Below are positions 55,771-64,000 of a DNA stretch of 64,000 nucleotides, one piece after another. The translations under genes were made by a program, and so were the position numbers. The stretch is from assembly GCA_035063585.1 (NCBI GenBank), contig JAPSGB010000001.1, positions 64,001 through 128,000 of the forward strand, given 5' to 3'. The notes beneath the pieces are model-generated. The model saw only the letters and a list, made by a program, of their open reading frames with translations, was not told where the DNA came from and did no database searches. This DNA comes from Polyangiaceae bacterium. Its GTDB lineage: Bacteria; Myxococcota_A; Polyangia; Polyangiales; Polyangiaceae. Position 1 is the stretch's first letter, and each line of letters starts with the position of its first letter.

Positions 55771-57969
55771 GTGGAAGGCCTGCCCCCCGCGGATCGACGG
55801 GTCGAGCGCGTCGCGCGCGTGATCGCGGGGGCCGCGGTGGTGTGGTTCGCGGTGGCCGTCTCCTGGCAAATCGCGGGGCCGTTCGGAGCCGGCCACGTCG
55901 CGGCCACCGCGGCGCGCGGGATCATGGCCGAGAACATGCAGCAGTGGAGCCTCTGGGCTCCGGTGCGCTCGTACACGCTCACCGCGCCCGATCCGTCCCT
56001 CTATTACGCGCACCACCCCTGGGGGATCTTTTGGCTCACCAAGCTCATCTACGAGCTCTTCGGGCGCCACGATTTCGTCTGCCGGCTCGCGCCCGTGCTC
56101 GAGAGCGTCGGGACCGCGCTGCTCTCGTACGGGCTCGGCCGCGCGCTCTGGGGGCCAGTCGCGGGCGCGCTCGCCGCCTGCGCGTACGTGGTCCTGCCCA
56201 TCACGCTCAGCTTCGCGAACTTCAACGGCTTCGAGGTGCCGCTGGTGTTCGGCATGATGCTCACCACCTGGGGTTACGTGCGCTTCGCGCAGACCTGGCG
56301 GCGTCGCTTCATGATGGTGAGCTTGGTCGGGCTCGCGTTCACGGTGAACACCGACTGGGAGTCGCTGGTGTTCGCCGGCTTCCTGCTCGGCGTCCTGATG
56401 GTGACCGGGCTCCTCGCGCCGGTGCGATGGTTCGGCGGGGTCGACGCGCGCCGCTTCGGCCAGTGGTGGATGCTCGGGACCAGCATCGCGGTCGGCACGG
56501 TGGTGGGATACCTCGCGCTCTTTCACCTCTACGGCGCGCTCCCCGACTTGTTCGCTCAGAGCGAGCACCGCTCGTCGGGCAACGCGTCGCCGCTCGCGGC
56601 GGTGCTCGAGTCGCGCTCGTACTGGATCGAGCTGATGTTCACGCCGCCCGCGATCCTGGTCGGCAAGCTCGGAGTGGTGCTGCTCGGCCTGCGCGTCCTG
56701 CTTCGTCGCCGCGTGCTCGAGCTCTTGCCCTTCGGCATGCTCGCCGCGGCGACCTTCGAGTACGTCTACTTCAAGCAGGGCGCGGACATCCACATCTACT
56801 GGCCCCTGCCCTTCGCGCCGATGTTCGCGCTCGGCCTCGCGGTCCTCGCGGTGAGCTTGGAGGAGACCGCGCGATGGCTCGTCGCGCGGCTGGGCAGGCG
56901 CGAGCCTGGCGTCTGGCTGCCCTTCACGCTCCTCGGCGCGCTCAGCCTCATCCCGTTCTCGATGGTGCGGGACGCGGTCACCATCTACGCGTATGGTCGT
57001 GACACCGGAAATCGCTTCGATGAGGGCGGCCGCGTCGTCTACCAGGATCTCGACAAGCACGCGTCGCTCGCCTGGATCCACGACCGGCTCGAGGGGCAGA
57101 GCCGCGTCGATCTCGATAGCAACATGCACTACGACTGGTCGCAGGAGTGGACGCTCGGTCGACCGCTCCGCATGGTCGCGCGCGTCCCTTCGGGGCCCGG
57201 GCCGGCGCCGAGCCGCTACTACGTCACCGACGCGCGGATGCTCGGCGCGAAGGACCAGCGGGCGATGGTCGAGCGGTTCCACGTCCAGGCGGTAGGGCCC
57301 ATCTGGTTCGTGGCTTACGACGATGCGGCCGCGCCCCTCGACGCGCTCGCGCTCGAGACCGAGAAGCCTAGTCTGTGGCAGTGGTACCTGCGTCACGGCA
57401 ACGATCCCATCTATCGCGTCACGCCGAGCGCGCTCCGCACCTGGGAGCTCCGCTATCACTTCGACCAGCCAGGCGAGCCGCCGGTCGGCCCGCCCGCGCG
57501 CACGCTCGAGGAGCTCCGGATCTTGCACAACGCCGCCCTGGCCCGCGAGGACACCGCGCGCGCCGAGGCGCTCGAGCGCGAGCTCGAGCAGCGGCTCGAC
57601 GTGCGCCCCGCCGCGGACTTCACCGACGGCACGCGTCTGCTCGGCGTGTCTTTCGACCCGACCGCGCGCTGCCTCGCCATCTTGTTCAAGGCGTCGGAGA
57701 CGCCGCCGGCGAGCGCGACCTTCGGCGTCCTCTCCTACGTCGAGAAGCCCATGCCCTGGTCACTGGTCCCTCCAGACCCGAAGGCGCGCGTGGTGGGCGC
57801 ACGCTTCGAGCTCGGCCCCGCGCTCTGGAAGCCCGGCTTCATCTACGCCGCTGAGATGGAGGTGCGCCCGCGCCCCGGCACCGAGTCCTGGTACGGCGCC
57901 TGGCGCGGCGCCGGCGCCCCGCGTCCGTCGGGCGGGGCCTCGCGGATCCTGCTCCTGACGGTGCGCTGA
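55771..57969 (+). CDS. GT-C (ArnT/PMT-like, family 39) membrane glycosyltransferase
   Basis: GAGGGGG ribosome-binding site plus GTG; YYAHHP loop, TDW, HIYW; polytopic. Confidence 0.8.
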   Translation: MEGLPPADRRVERVARVIAGAAVVWFAVAVSWQIAGPFGAGHVAATAARGIMAENMQQWSLWAPVRSYTLTAPDPSLYYAHHPWGIFWLTKLIYELFGRHDFVCRLAPVLESVGTALLSYGLGRALWGPVAGALAACAYVVLPITLSFANFNGFEVPLVFGMMLTTWGYVRFAQTWRRRFMMVSLVGLAFTVNTDWESLVFAGFLLGVLMVTGLLAPVRWFGGVDARRFGQWWMLGTSIAVGTVVGYLALFHLYGALPDLFAQSEHRSSGNASPLAAVLESRSYWIELMFTPPAILVGKLGVVLLGLRVLLRRRVLELLPFGMLAAATFEYVYFKQGADIHIYWPLPFAPMFALGLAVLAVSLEETARWLVARLGRREPGVWLPFTLLGALSLIPFSMVRDAVTIYAYGRDTGNRFDEGGRVVYQDLDKHASLAWIHDRLEGQSRVDLDSNMHYDWSQEWTLGRPLRMVARVPSGPGPAPSRYYVTDARMLGAKDQRAMVERFHVQAVGPIWFVAYDDAAAPLDALALETEKPSLWQWYLRHGNDPIYRVTPSALRTWELRYHFDQPGEPPVGPPARTLEELRILHNAALAREDTARAEALERELEQRLDVRPAADFTDGTRLLGVSFDPTARCLAILFKASETPPASATFGVLSYVEKPMPWSLVPPDPKARVVGARFELGPALWKPGFIYAAEMEVRPRPGTESWYGAWRGAGAPRPSGGASRILLLTVR

Positions 57970-57999
57970 TCCTTGATAGGATGCGCGCCGGATCGCCCC

Positions 58000-59025
58000 G
58001 TGAAGCTCATCATCCAGATCCCGTGCCTCAACGAGCGCGAGCACCTCGGCGAGACCTTCGCCGACTTGCCACGCCGGATCCCGGGCGTCGACGAGATCGA
58101 GGTGCTCGTAGTCGATGACGGCAGCACCGACGGCACCAGCGACTACGCCGCGGAGCTCGGCGTGCACCATGTGGTCCGCTTCCCGGTCAATCGCGGGCTG
58201 AGCGCGGCGTTCACGGCCGGGATGGACGCCAGCCTGCGCCTCGGCGCGGATCTCATCGTCAACACCGACGCCGATCACCAGTACGCCGGCGATGACATCG
58301 CGCGGCTCCTCGAGCCCATCCTGTCGGGCGAGGCCGACGTGGTGGTCGGCGACCGCGATCCCGCCAACCTCGCGCATTTCTCCCCGCCCAAGCGCCTGCT
58401 CCAGGCCTGGGGTTCGCGACTGGTGCGCGCGGTGAGCGCGACGCGGGTGGCCGACTCCACCAGCGGCTTTCGCGCCTACAGCCGCAAGGCGGCGCTCAGC
58501 GTGTTCGTACACAATCGCTTCACCTATACGCTCGAGACCATCATTCAGGCCGGGCGCACGGGCATCGCGACCGCCAACGTGCGCGTCCGCACCAACGAGA
58601 AGACGCGCGAGTCACGGCTCTTCTCCTCGATCCCCCAATATCTCCGCCGCAACGGCCCGGTGATCTTTCGCTCCTACGGCATGTACCGGCCGTTTCAGAG
58701 CTTCGCGTACCTCGCGCTCGCGCTGCTCGTGGTGGGGCTCTTCGGTGTCGGGCGCTTTCTCTATTTCTACCTGGTCGATCCGAGCTACAGCGGCCACACG
58801 CAGTCGCTGGTGCTCGGGGTCGGCGCGGTCACGCTCGCGTTCATGGTGGGGGTGGTGGCGCTGGTCGGCGAGCTCATCGCGGCCAACCGCAGGTTGGTCG
58901 AGGAGGTGCTCGTGCACGTCAGGCGCCTCGACGCCGACCGAGGCGTCGAGGCGCGAGCCCGCGGCGCGCCGGTCGATGGGATCCGGAGCACGGGCGCGGC
59001 CACGTGGAGGCGCGCCGAGCCATGA
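58000..59025 (+). CDS. Glycosyltransferase family 2 with C-terminal TM helices
   Basis: IQIPCLNE, VDDGSTDGT, NTDADHQY, DSTSGFRAY, FTYTLET. Confidence 0.92.
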   Translation: MKLIIQIPCLNEREHLGETFADLPRRIPGVDEIEVLVVDDGSTDGTSDYAAELGVHHVVRFPVNRGLSAAFTAGMDASLRLGADLIVNTDADHQYAGDDIARLLEPILSGEADVVVGDRDPANLAHFSPPKRLLQAWGSRLVRAVSATRVADSTSGFRAYSRKAALSVFVHNRFTYTLETIIQAGRTGIATANVRVRTNEKTRESRLFSSIPQYLRRNGPVIFRSYGMYRPFQSFAYLALALLVVGLFGVGRFLYFYLVDPSYSGHTQSLVLGVGAVTLAFMVGVVALVGELIAANRRLVEEVLVHVRRLDADRGVEARARGAPVDGIRSTGAATWRRAEP

Positions 59026-59624
59026 GCGAGCACGTGATCGTCGGCAACGTCTACGACAAGTACGGGACGCGAAACCCGCTCGCGCGGCTCATGATGCGCG
59101 GCTTTCTCAAGAGCGCGGCCCGGCTCTACCGGAAGGTTGGCGCGCGAAGCGTGCTCGAGGTCGGCGCCGGCGAGGGCCGTCTGGCGAACCACTTGCTCGC
59201 GAGCGGGCCGCGACCCGAGCGCTTCGTCGCCACCGATCTCGAGCTCGGGAAAATCGCCGCCGAGCTCGATCCGCTCATCGAGCTTCAAGTGGCGAGCATC
59301 TACGAGCTCCCCTTCCCTGCGCGGAGCTTCGAGCTCGTGGTCTGCTGCGAGGTCCTCGAGCACCTCGAGGAGCCGCGCCGCGGGCTCGCCGAGCTCGCGC
59401 GGGTGGCGGACCGCGCCGTGCTCGTCAGCACCCCGCGCGAGCCGCTCTGGCGCGCGCTCAACGTCGCACGCGGGAAGTACCTCGCCGAGCTCGGCAACAC
59501 ACCTGGTCACGTGCAGCACTTCAGCGCGCGCGCGCTCTCGTCGCTCGCTCGTGAGCGGCTCATGGTCACCGAGGTGCGCCACCCGCTCCCCTGGACGATG
59601 CTGCTCGGCGCGCCGCGACGCTGA
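59022..59624 (+). CDS. Class I SAM-dependent methyltransferase
   Basis: VLEVGAGEG, LPF..SFELVVCCEVLEHL; ATGA overlap. Confidence 0.9.
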   Translation: MSEHVIVGNVYDKYGTRNPLARLMMRGFLKSAARLYRKVGARSVLEVGAGEGRLANHLLASGPRPERFVATDLELGKIAAELDPLIELQVASIYELPFPARSFELVVCCEVLEHLEEPRRGLAELARVADRAVLVSTPREPLWRALNVARGKYLAELGNTPGHVQHFSARALSSLARERLMVTEVRHPLPWTMLLGAPRR

Positions 59625-59669
59625 AGGGCTCGAGGGTTTCGGATGCCGGCCCGGCGCGGCCGGCGGCGC

Positions 59670-60611
59670 TCACGTCTCCGGTGGAGCGCTGGCCCGCTCC
59701 GGTCGGAGCGCGGAGGCCACCATCGCCACGGTGAGCACCCCGGCGATGACGCCCAAGCTCACGAGGTTCGGGATCTTGTACACCCCCGAGAGGAGCATCT
59801 TCGCGCCGATGAAGACCAGGATCGCCGCGAGCCCGAGATCCAGATAGTGAAACCGCTGCATCATGCCGGCGAGCATGAAGTAGAGCGCGCGCAGGCCGAG
59901 GATCGCGAAGATGTTCGAGGTGTAGACGATATAGACGTCGTCGGACACGGCGAGGGCGGCCGGCACCGAGTCCACCGCGAAGAGCACGTCGGTGAACTCG
60001 ATGACGATGAGGACGAGGAAGAGCGGCGTCGCGTAACGGATCCCGTCCTTGACGATGAAGAACTTGTCTCCGTCGCGTTCGCTCGTGGTGCGCAGGTACT
60101 TTCGCGCCAGGCGCAGCGCGAGGCTCGACTCGGGGTCGACCGTGTCGTCGTCCTTCTTGAAGGCCAATTTCAGCCCGGTGAGGACCAAGAACCCGCCAAA
60201 CACGTAGATGGTGAAGTGGAAGCGGTGGAGGAGTGCGCTCCCTGCGACGATGAAGAGCGCTCGCATGAAGACCGCACCCGCGATCCCCCAGAACAAGATG
60301 CGCTGCTGTTGCCGCTCACGGACGTCGAAATAGGTAAAGATGACCAGGAAGACGAAGAGGTTGTCGACCGAGAGTGACTTCTCGACGAGGTACGCGACGA
60401 GATAGGACACCGCCGGGTCGCGGCCCATGCTGGCGTACACGTAGCCGGCGAAGAGGAGCCCCGCGGCGATGGCGAGCGCGCTGCGGACGCTCGCCTCGCG
60501 AAAGGACACCTTTACGGCGGCCTTTCCGGCCAGGAGTCGCTCGACGAGCATGGTCCCGAGCACCGCACCCACGAACACGAGCCAGTCGATTACGGCTGCG
60601 CTTCCAAGCAT
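59670..60611 (-). CDS. TerC/Alx family metal homeostasis membrane protein
   Basis: EKSLSVDNLFVF, DVLFAVDSVPA, TSNIFAILGLRALYF. Confidence 0.95.
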   Translation of the reverse strand: MLGSAAVIDWLVFVGAVLGTMLVERLLAGKAAVKVSFREASVRSALAIAAGLLFAGYVYASMGRDPAVSYLVAYLVEKSLSVDNLFVFLVIFTYFDVRERQQQRILFWGIAGAVFMRALFIVAGSALLHRFHFTIYVFGGFLVLTGLKLAFKKDDDTVDPESSLALRLARKYLRTTSERDGDKFFIVKDGIRYATPLFLVLIVIEFTDVLFAVDSVPAALAVSDDVYIVYTSNIFAILGLRALYFMLAGMMQRFHYLDLGLAAILVFIGAKMLLSGVYKIPNLVSLGVIAGVLTVAMVASALRPERASAPPET

Positions 60612-60695
60612 CTCGAGGCCTGTCTAGCATGGCCGATGCGACCCGCGAGCCGGCGCGCCGCCCCTTGCCGGCGCCGCCGGCAATACCGAACGAAT

Positions 60696-61694
60696 CTACG
60701 GGCTTGGGGGGCTCGCGGACGCCGCCCCCGAGGCCGCCACCGCGGCGCGGCGGCGCGCCGCTTCGCGGAACATGAAGGGCAAGCCGAGGATCGCGAACGA
60801 CCAGATGGCCACGGCCGAGTAGGCCATGGTCGCGGCCAACACGCTCGCGTGGTCCACGCTCGCGCCGGCGTGGTTCACCAAGTAGAGAAAGGCCGCGTCG
60901 CGGGTCCCCATGCCGGCCATGGTCACCGGCACGAGCCCGGCGAAGGTCGCGGTCGGCCACAGGGTCAAGGTGAGCAGCAGCGGCACCCGCGCGCCGACCG
61001 CGAGCAGGAGCGCGTGCGTGATGACCACCGTGAGCACCCGGATGACGAGCGAGACCACCCCGACCCCCGCGAGCCGATACGGCGCATGGCGGAGCGCCTC
61101 GAAGGCGTCGAACAGGAGCTCGAGCGACGCGGCGCGGCTCCGCAAGATCGCGAGCGAGAGCAGCCAGCGGCGGGCACGCATGAGCAGCGCAAGGAGCGCA
61201 AGCTCCGCGACCGCGGCGGCGGCGAGCAGCGCGGCGAGGAGCCCTTGCCCCGCGAACGCTGCGCCCATCGCGGCAAGACCGAGCAGGACCAGGAGATCGA
61301 CCGCCTTCTCTGCGAGGACGCTGCCCGCTCCGGCCGGCAGCGGGACCAGCTCTCGAACCGTGAACGCGCGGAGCAGCTCGTTGGCGCGCGAGGGCGTCAC
61401 CAGCCCGAGCGGCCAGACCGCGAGCAGCACCGAGAGCGAGCGCCCGTACGGAAGCCGATAGCCAATCGCGCGCAGCACGAGTTGCCAGCGCAGCGCGCCG
61501 AGGAGCACGCACGCGGTCGCCGCGGCGAGCGAGACCAGCACCCAGCCCGGATCTGCCTCGCGCACCACTTCCCACAGCGCGCCGGCTCCCCCGAAGACGT
61601 GAACCAGCCCGCCGAGGACGACGGCCGTGGCGAGCGCGAGCACGCCGCCGCGGAGGAAGTTCTTGCGAGTTACTTTTTCCCGCGACTCTTCCAC
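60696..61694 (-). CDS. Lysylphosphatidylglycerol synthase TM-domain (flippase-like) protein
   Basis: ALRW, TPSRANE, EKAVD, PVTMAGMGTRD motifs; polytopic. Confidence 0.85.
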   Translation of the reverse strand: MEESREKVTRKNFLRGGVLALATAVVLGGLVHVFGGAGALWEVVREADPGWVLVSLAAATACVLLGALRWQLVLRAIGYRLPYGRSLSVLLAVWPLGLVTPSRANELLRAFTVRELVPLPAGAGSVLAEKAVDLLVLLGLAAMGAAFAGQGLLAALLAAAAVAELALLALLMRARRWLLSLAILRSRAASLELLFDAFEALRHAPYRLAGVGVVSLVIRVLTVVITHALLLAVGARVPLLLTLTLWPTATFAGLVPVTMAGMGTRDAAFLYLVNHAGASVDHASVLAATMAYSAVAIWSFAILGLPFMFREAARRRAAVAASGAASASPPSP

Positions 61695-62323
61695 GCGTCG
61701 TTGAACTCCCGGATGGTGCTCTCGGTGCGCGGGTTGAAGAGCATCTTACGCAGGATGGGCGGCGGCACCGTCACCACGTGCGCGCCATCAATCACGGCGT
61801 CGTTCACGTCCATCGGGTGCCGCACCGAGCCGACGATGATCTTGGAGGAGAGCCGCTCGCGGTCGAGCACCGCGCGGAGCTCGCGGATGATGGGGCGTAC
61901 ATCGTAGCCCATGTCGCGGACACGTCCGCTGAAGACACTCACGTAGGTCGCGCCGGCGAGCGCGGCGAGATAGGCCTGGTTGAAGCTCATCATGCAGGTG
62001 ACGTTGGTCGGTACGCCGCGCCCGACGAGCGCGTGGAGCACCGCGAGGCCCGTCTCGCTGATCGGGATCTTCACGCAGATGCGGCCGGGACCCCAGGCGT
62101 GATAGGCGAGCGCCTCGGCGAGCATCTGCTCGTACGTCTCGGTGGTGAGCTCGACCGAGACGTGGCCCGTGGAGACCGCGAGCACCTCGCGGATGCGCGC
62201 CTCGAGGTCCACGTCCCCGGCCTCACGCGCGATGATGAGCGGGTTGGTGGTCACGCCGGAGAGCACCCCCCAGGCGAAGATCTCGCTAATTTCCTGCGGG
62301 TTCGAGCTGTCGAGGAAGAGCAC
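61670..62323 (-). CDS. Transaldolase (small TalC/FSA family)
   Basis: FLDS, GVTTNP, VSVE, Schiff-base VKIP, YVSVFSGR; Glu/Phe at the positions that separate transaldolase from FSA. Confidence 0.9.
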   Translation of the reverse strand: MLFLDSSNPQEISEIFAWGVLSGVTTNPLIIAREAGDVDLEARIREVLAVSTGHVSVELTTETYEQMLAEALAYHAWGPGRICVKIPISETGLAVLHALVGRGVPTNVTCMMSFNQAYLAALAGATYVSVFSGRVRDMGYDVRPIIRELRAVLDRERLSSKIIVGSVRHPMDVNDAVIDGAHVVTVPPPILRKMLFNPRTESTIREFNDAWKSRGKK

Positions 62324-62348
62324 TCTCTTGGGTTCCTTGGGCGGGAGT

Positions 62349-62960
62349 CTAGCTGAAATCAGCCTGTAGGATCTGGCGGGCGAGCTCGTCGAGGCGCGGC
62401 GCCGCGAGCTCGGGGCGAACCGGCGGTCCTCCGCGGAGCGGGCAGAGCTCGCAGCGCCCGGGCGGGAACACCAGCGCCGAGCGGACGCCCGCGGCACGAG
62501 CCGCCTCGACGTCGGTCGGCGCGTCGCCGATCATCCACGTCCGCTCGGGCACGAGGCTCGCTCGCCGCATGGCGGAGAGCAGCATCCCGGGCTTCGGCTT
62601 GCGGCACTCGCACGGGCCGGTCAGCGCCGGATCGCCGCCGGGGCCACCTTCCGGGTGATGCAGGCACACCTCGAAGGCGGCGAGCTCGAGCCCCCGCTCG
62701 GCGAGCCTGCCCGCGAGGGCCTGGTTGGTGCGCGTCACGGCAGCCACGGAGAACTGACCCTTCGCGGGGCCCGGCTGGTTGGTGGCGACCGCGAGCGCGT
62801 AGCCGGCGTCCTGCAGGAGCGTGAGCCCCTCGACGACACCGGGCAAGAGCACGAGCTGAGACGGGTGGAACGCCACCGAGATCGCGCCCGTCTCCTCGTC
62901 GCGGACCATGTCGATGAGCGTCATGTCGCGATCTAGGATGACCCCGCGACCGCTCGTCAT
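62349..62960 (-). CDS. gmhB: D-glycero-D-manno-heptose 1,7-bisphosphate phosphatase-like HAD IIIA hydrolase
   Basis: LDRDMTL, ATNQPG, CLHHP, CECRKPKPGML, MIGD..DVEAA. Confidence 0.8.
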   Translation of the reverse strand: MTSGRGVILDRDMTLIDMVRDEETGAISVAFHPSQLVLLPGVVEGLTLLQDAGYALAVATNQPGPAKGQFSVAAVTRTNQALAGRLAERGLELAAFEVCLHHPEGGPGGDPALTGPCECRKPKPGMLLSAMRRASLVPERTWMIGDAPTDVEAARAAGVRSALVFPPGRCELCPLRGGPPVRPELAAPRLDELARQILQADFS

Positions 62961-63970
62961 CGCCGGACGTTACCATGGAGCGCCGCGTACATCGCGTCGC
63001 AGAGCTCGGCCGTGGCGAGGCCGTCCGCGAGCGTGGCCGGCGGGACACCGGCGTCGGGCGGCGGACGCCCCGTCCATCGCGCGAGCACGGCCTCGAGCTC
63101 GCGCGTGAGGCTCGGGTCGTGCTCGCCGAAGTCCTTCACCTGCTCCGTCTCGCGCTGCGAGCGGCCCCGGCCGTCATTCCACGCCCAGCGCCTGCCGAGA
63201 CGGAGTCGCAGCGGTCCGTAATTTCCGCCGCGCCCCTCCGCGAGCGCGTAGCCGTCCTCACCGACCAGCTCGACCCGGAAGCCGTTCACCCAGCGCACGA
63301 GCGAGACGCGCACCGTGGCGATGAGCGAGCCATGCCCGAGGATGACCGCCAAGTCCTCCTCGACCCCGGTGCCCCAAAACCCGCTGGTCGCCTCGGCATG
63401 GCGGACCTCGAGCGCCGGCTCGAGGCAGCGGAGCAGATCGAGCAAGTGGACTCCCGGATCGATGAGGGCGCCTCCGCCCGCGCGCACGGGGTCGAGCTTC
63501 CACCCCTCCGCCGATCGCGGATGCCCGCCATGGCCGATGAAGAGATCCGCGCTGCGGAGGCGGCCGAGCTCCCCGGACGCCGCGCGGCGAAGCGCCTCGC
63601 GAACGTTGGGCAGGAATCGATAGTTATATCCGACGAAGCTCTCGGCTCGCGCGGGGCCCGCGATCGCGCGAGCCTCGTCCGCCGTGCGGCCGAACGGCTT
63701 CTCGATGAGGAAGGGCCTATTCGCGGCAGCGACGGTGAGCGCGACCGCAGGCGCGAGATCGTGCGGGAGCGCGATGATCGCCGCGTCGTAGCTCGCCGGA
63801 GGGGCGTCCTCGAGGCGCAGGTAGTGCGGCGCGCCGCCGTAGAGCTCGGCGGGACGTGGCGCGGGATCCACGGTGCCCGCGAGCGTCACGTCATGGGTGC
63901 CCGCGAGCTCCACCACCGCGCGCGCGCGCTGCTTGCCGATGAGGCCGTGCCCGACGACCAAGATCCGCAT
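62957..63970 (-). CDS. Gfo/Idh/MocA family oxidoreductase
   Basis: VVGHGLIG, IEKP, GYNYRF, GGGALIDPGVHLLD. Confidence 0.92.
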   Translation of the reverse strand: MRILVVGHGLIGKQRARAVVELAGTHDVTLAGTVDPAPRPAELYGGAPHYLRLEDAPPASYDAAIIALPHDLAPAVALTVAAANRPFLIEKPFGRTADEARAIAGPARAESFVGYNYRFLPNVREALRRAASGELGRLRSADLFIGHGGHPRSAEGWKLDPVRAGGGALIDPGVHLLDLLRCLEPALEVRHAEATSGFWGTGVEEDLAVILGHGSLIATVRVSLVRWVNGFRVELVGEDGYALAEGRGGNYGPLRLRLGRRWAWNDGRGRSQRETEQVKDFGEHDPSLTRELEAVLARWTGRPPPDAGVPPATLADGLATAELCDAMYAALHGNVRR

Positions 63971-64000
63971 CAGCGCCTCGGTGGCTCCACGCGCCGGAGC

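Noticed and set aside
60612..60695. yybP-ykoY manganese riboswitch upstream of terC
   Set aside because: The gap is only about 84 nt and no recognisable motif was seen.
18..63623. Many long Arg/Ala/Pro-rich ORFs in the track (e.g. 26810..28921 +, 38397..41174 -, 50895..52619 -, 55603..57528 -)
   Set aside because: Antisense or frame-shifted shadows of real genes, expected at very high GC; no family motifs.
63970..64000. 3' end of a further minus-strand CDS (TGATG overlap)
   Set aside because: Only about 10 codons are visible, so it cannot be assigned.

Overview
A very GC-rich chromosomal window whose gene content (DUF4215/fibro-slime protein, IgGFc-binding lipoprotein, double-FHA protein, many lipoproteins with Gly/Asp/Ala linkers) suggests Myxococcota, probably Polyangiaceae-like (inference). 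It holds about 44 real CDSs; most other ORFs in the track are GC shadow frames. Content: housekeeping and envelope genes (S41 protease, pcnB, proB, sppA, UDPGP-family uridylyltransferase), a surface-glycan cluster (16-26 kb), an orphan MCP and sensor kinase, an ABC-2 transporter, secreted proteins, tRNA-Lys(CTT), tRNA-Arg(TCG) and a second glycosylation/heptose cluster (51-64 kb). The main signals not explained by standard annotation are: (1) a stand-alone structured RNA candidate on the minus strand at about 33.68-33.95 kb with its own terminator; (2) a dispersed non-palindromic motif, TTCCGCGCCGGACC(GACC), recurring near promoter regions; (3) a 3.5 kb integrase-less island in tRNA-Arg(TCG) carrying a PPC plus CLCA-like zincin protease and two lipoproteins; (4) repeated TAnnnT boxes 5-9 nt before start codons, suggesting leaderless mRNAs; (5) probable pseudo-enzymes (a signal peptidase with Lys to Gly, and a degenerate ABC ATPase). 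Family assignments come from motif recognition by eye; no database searches were run.
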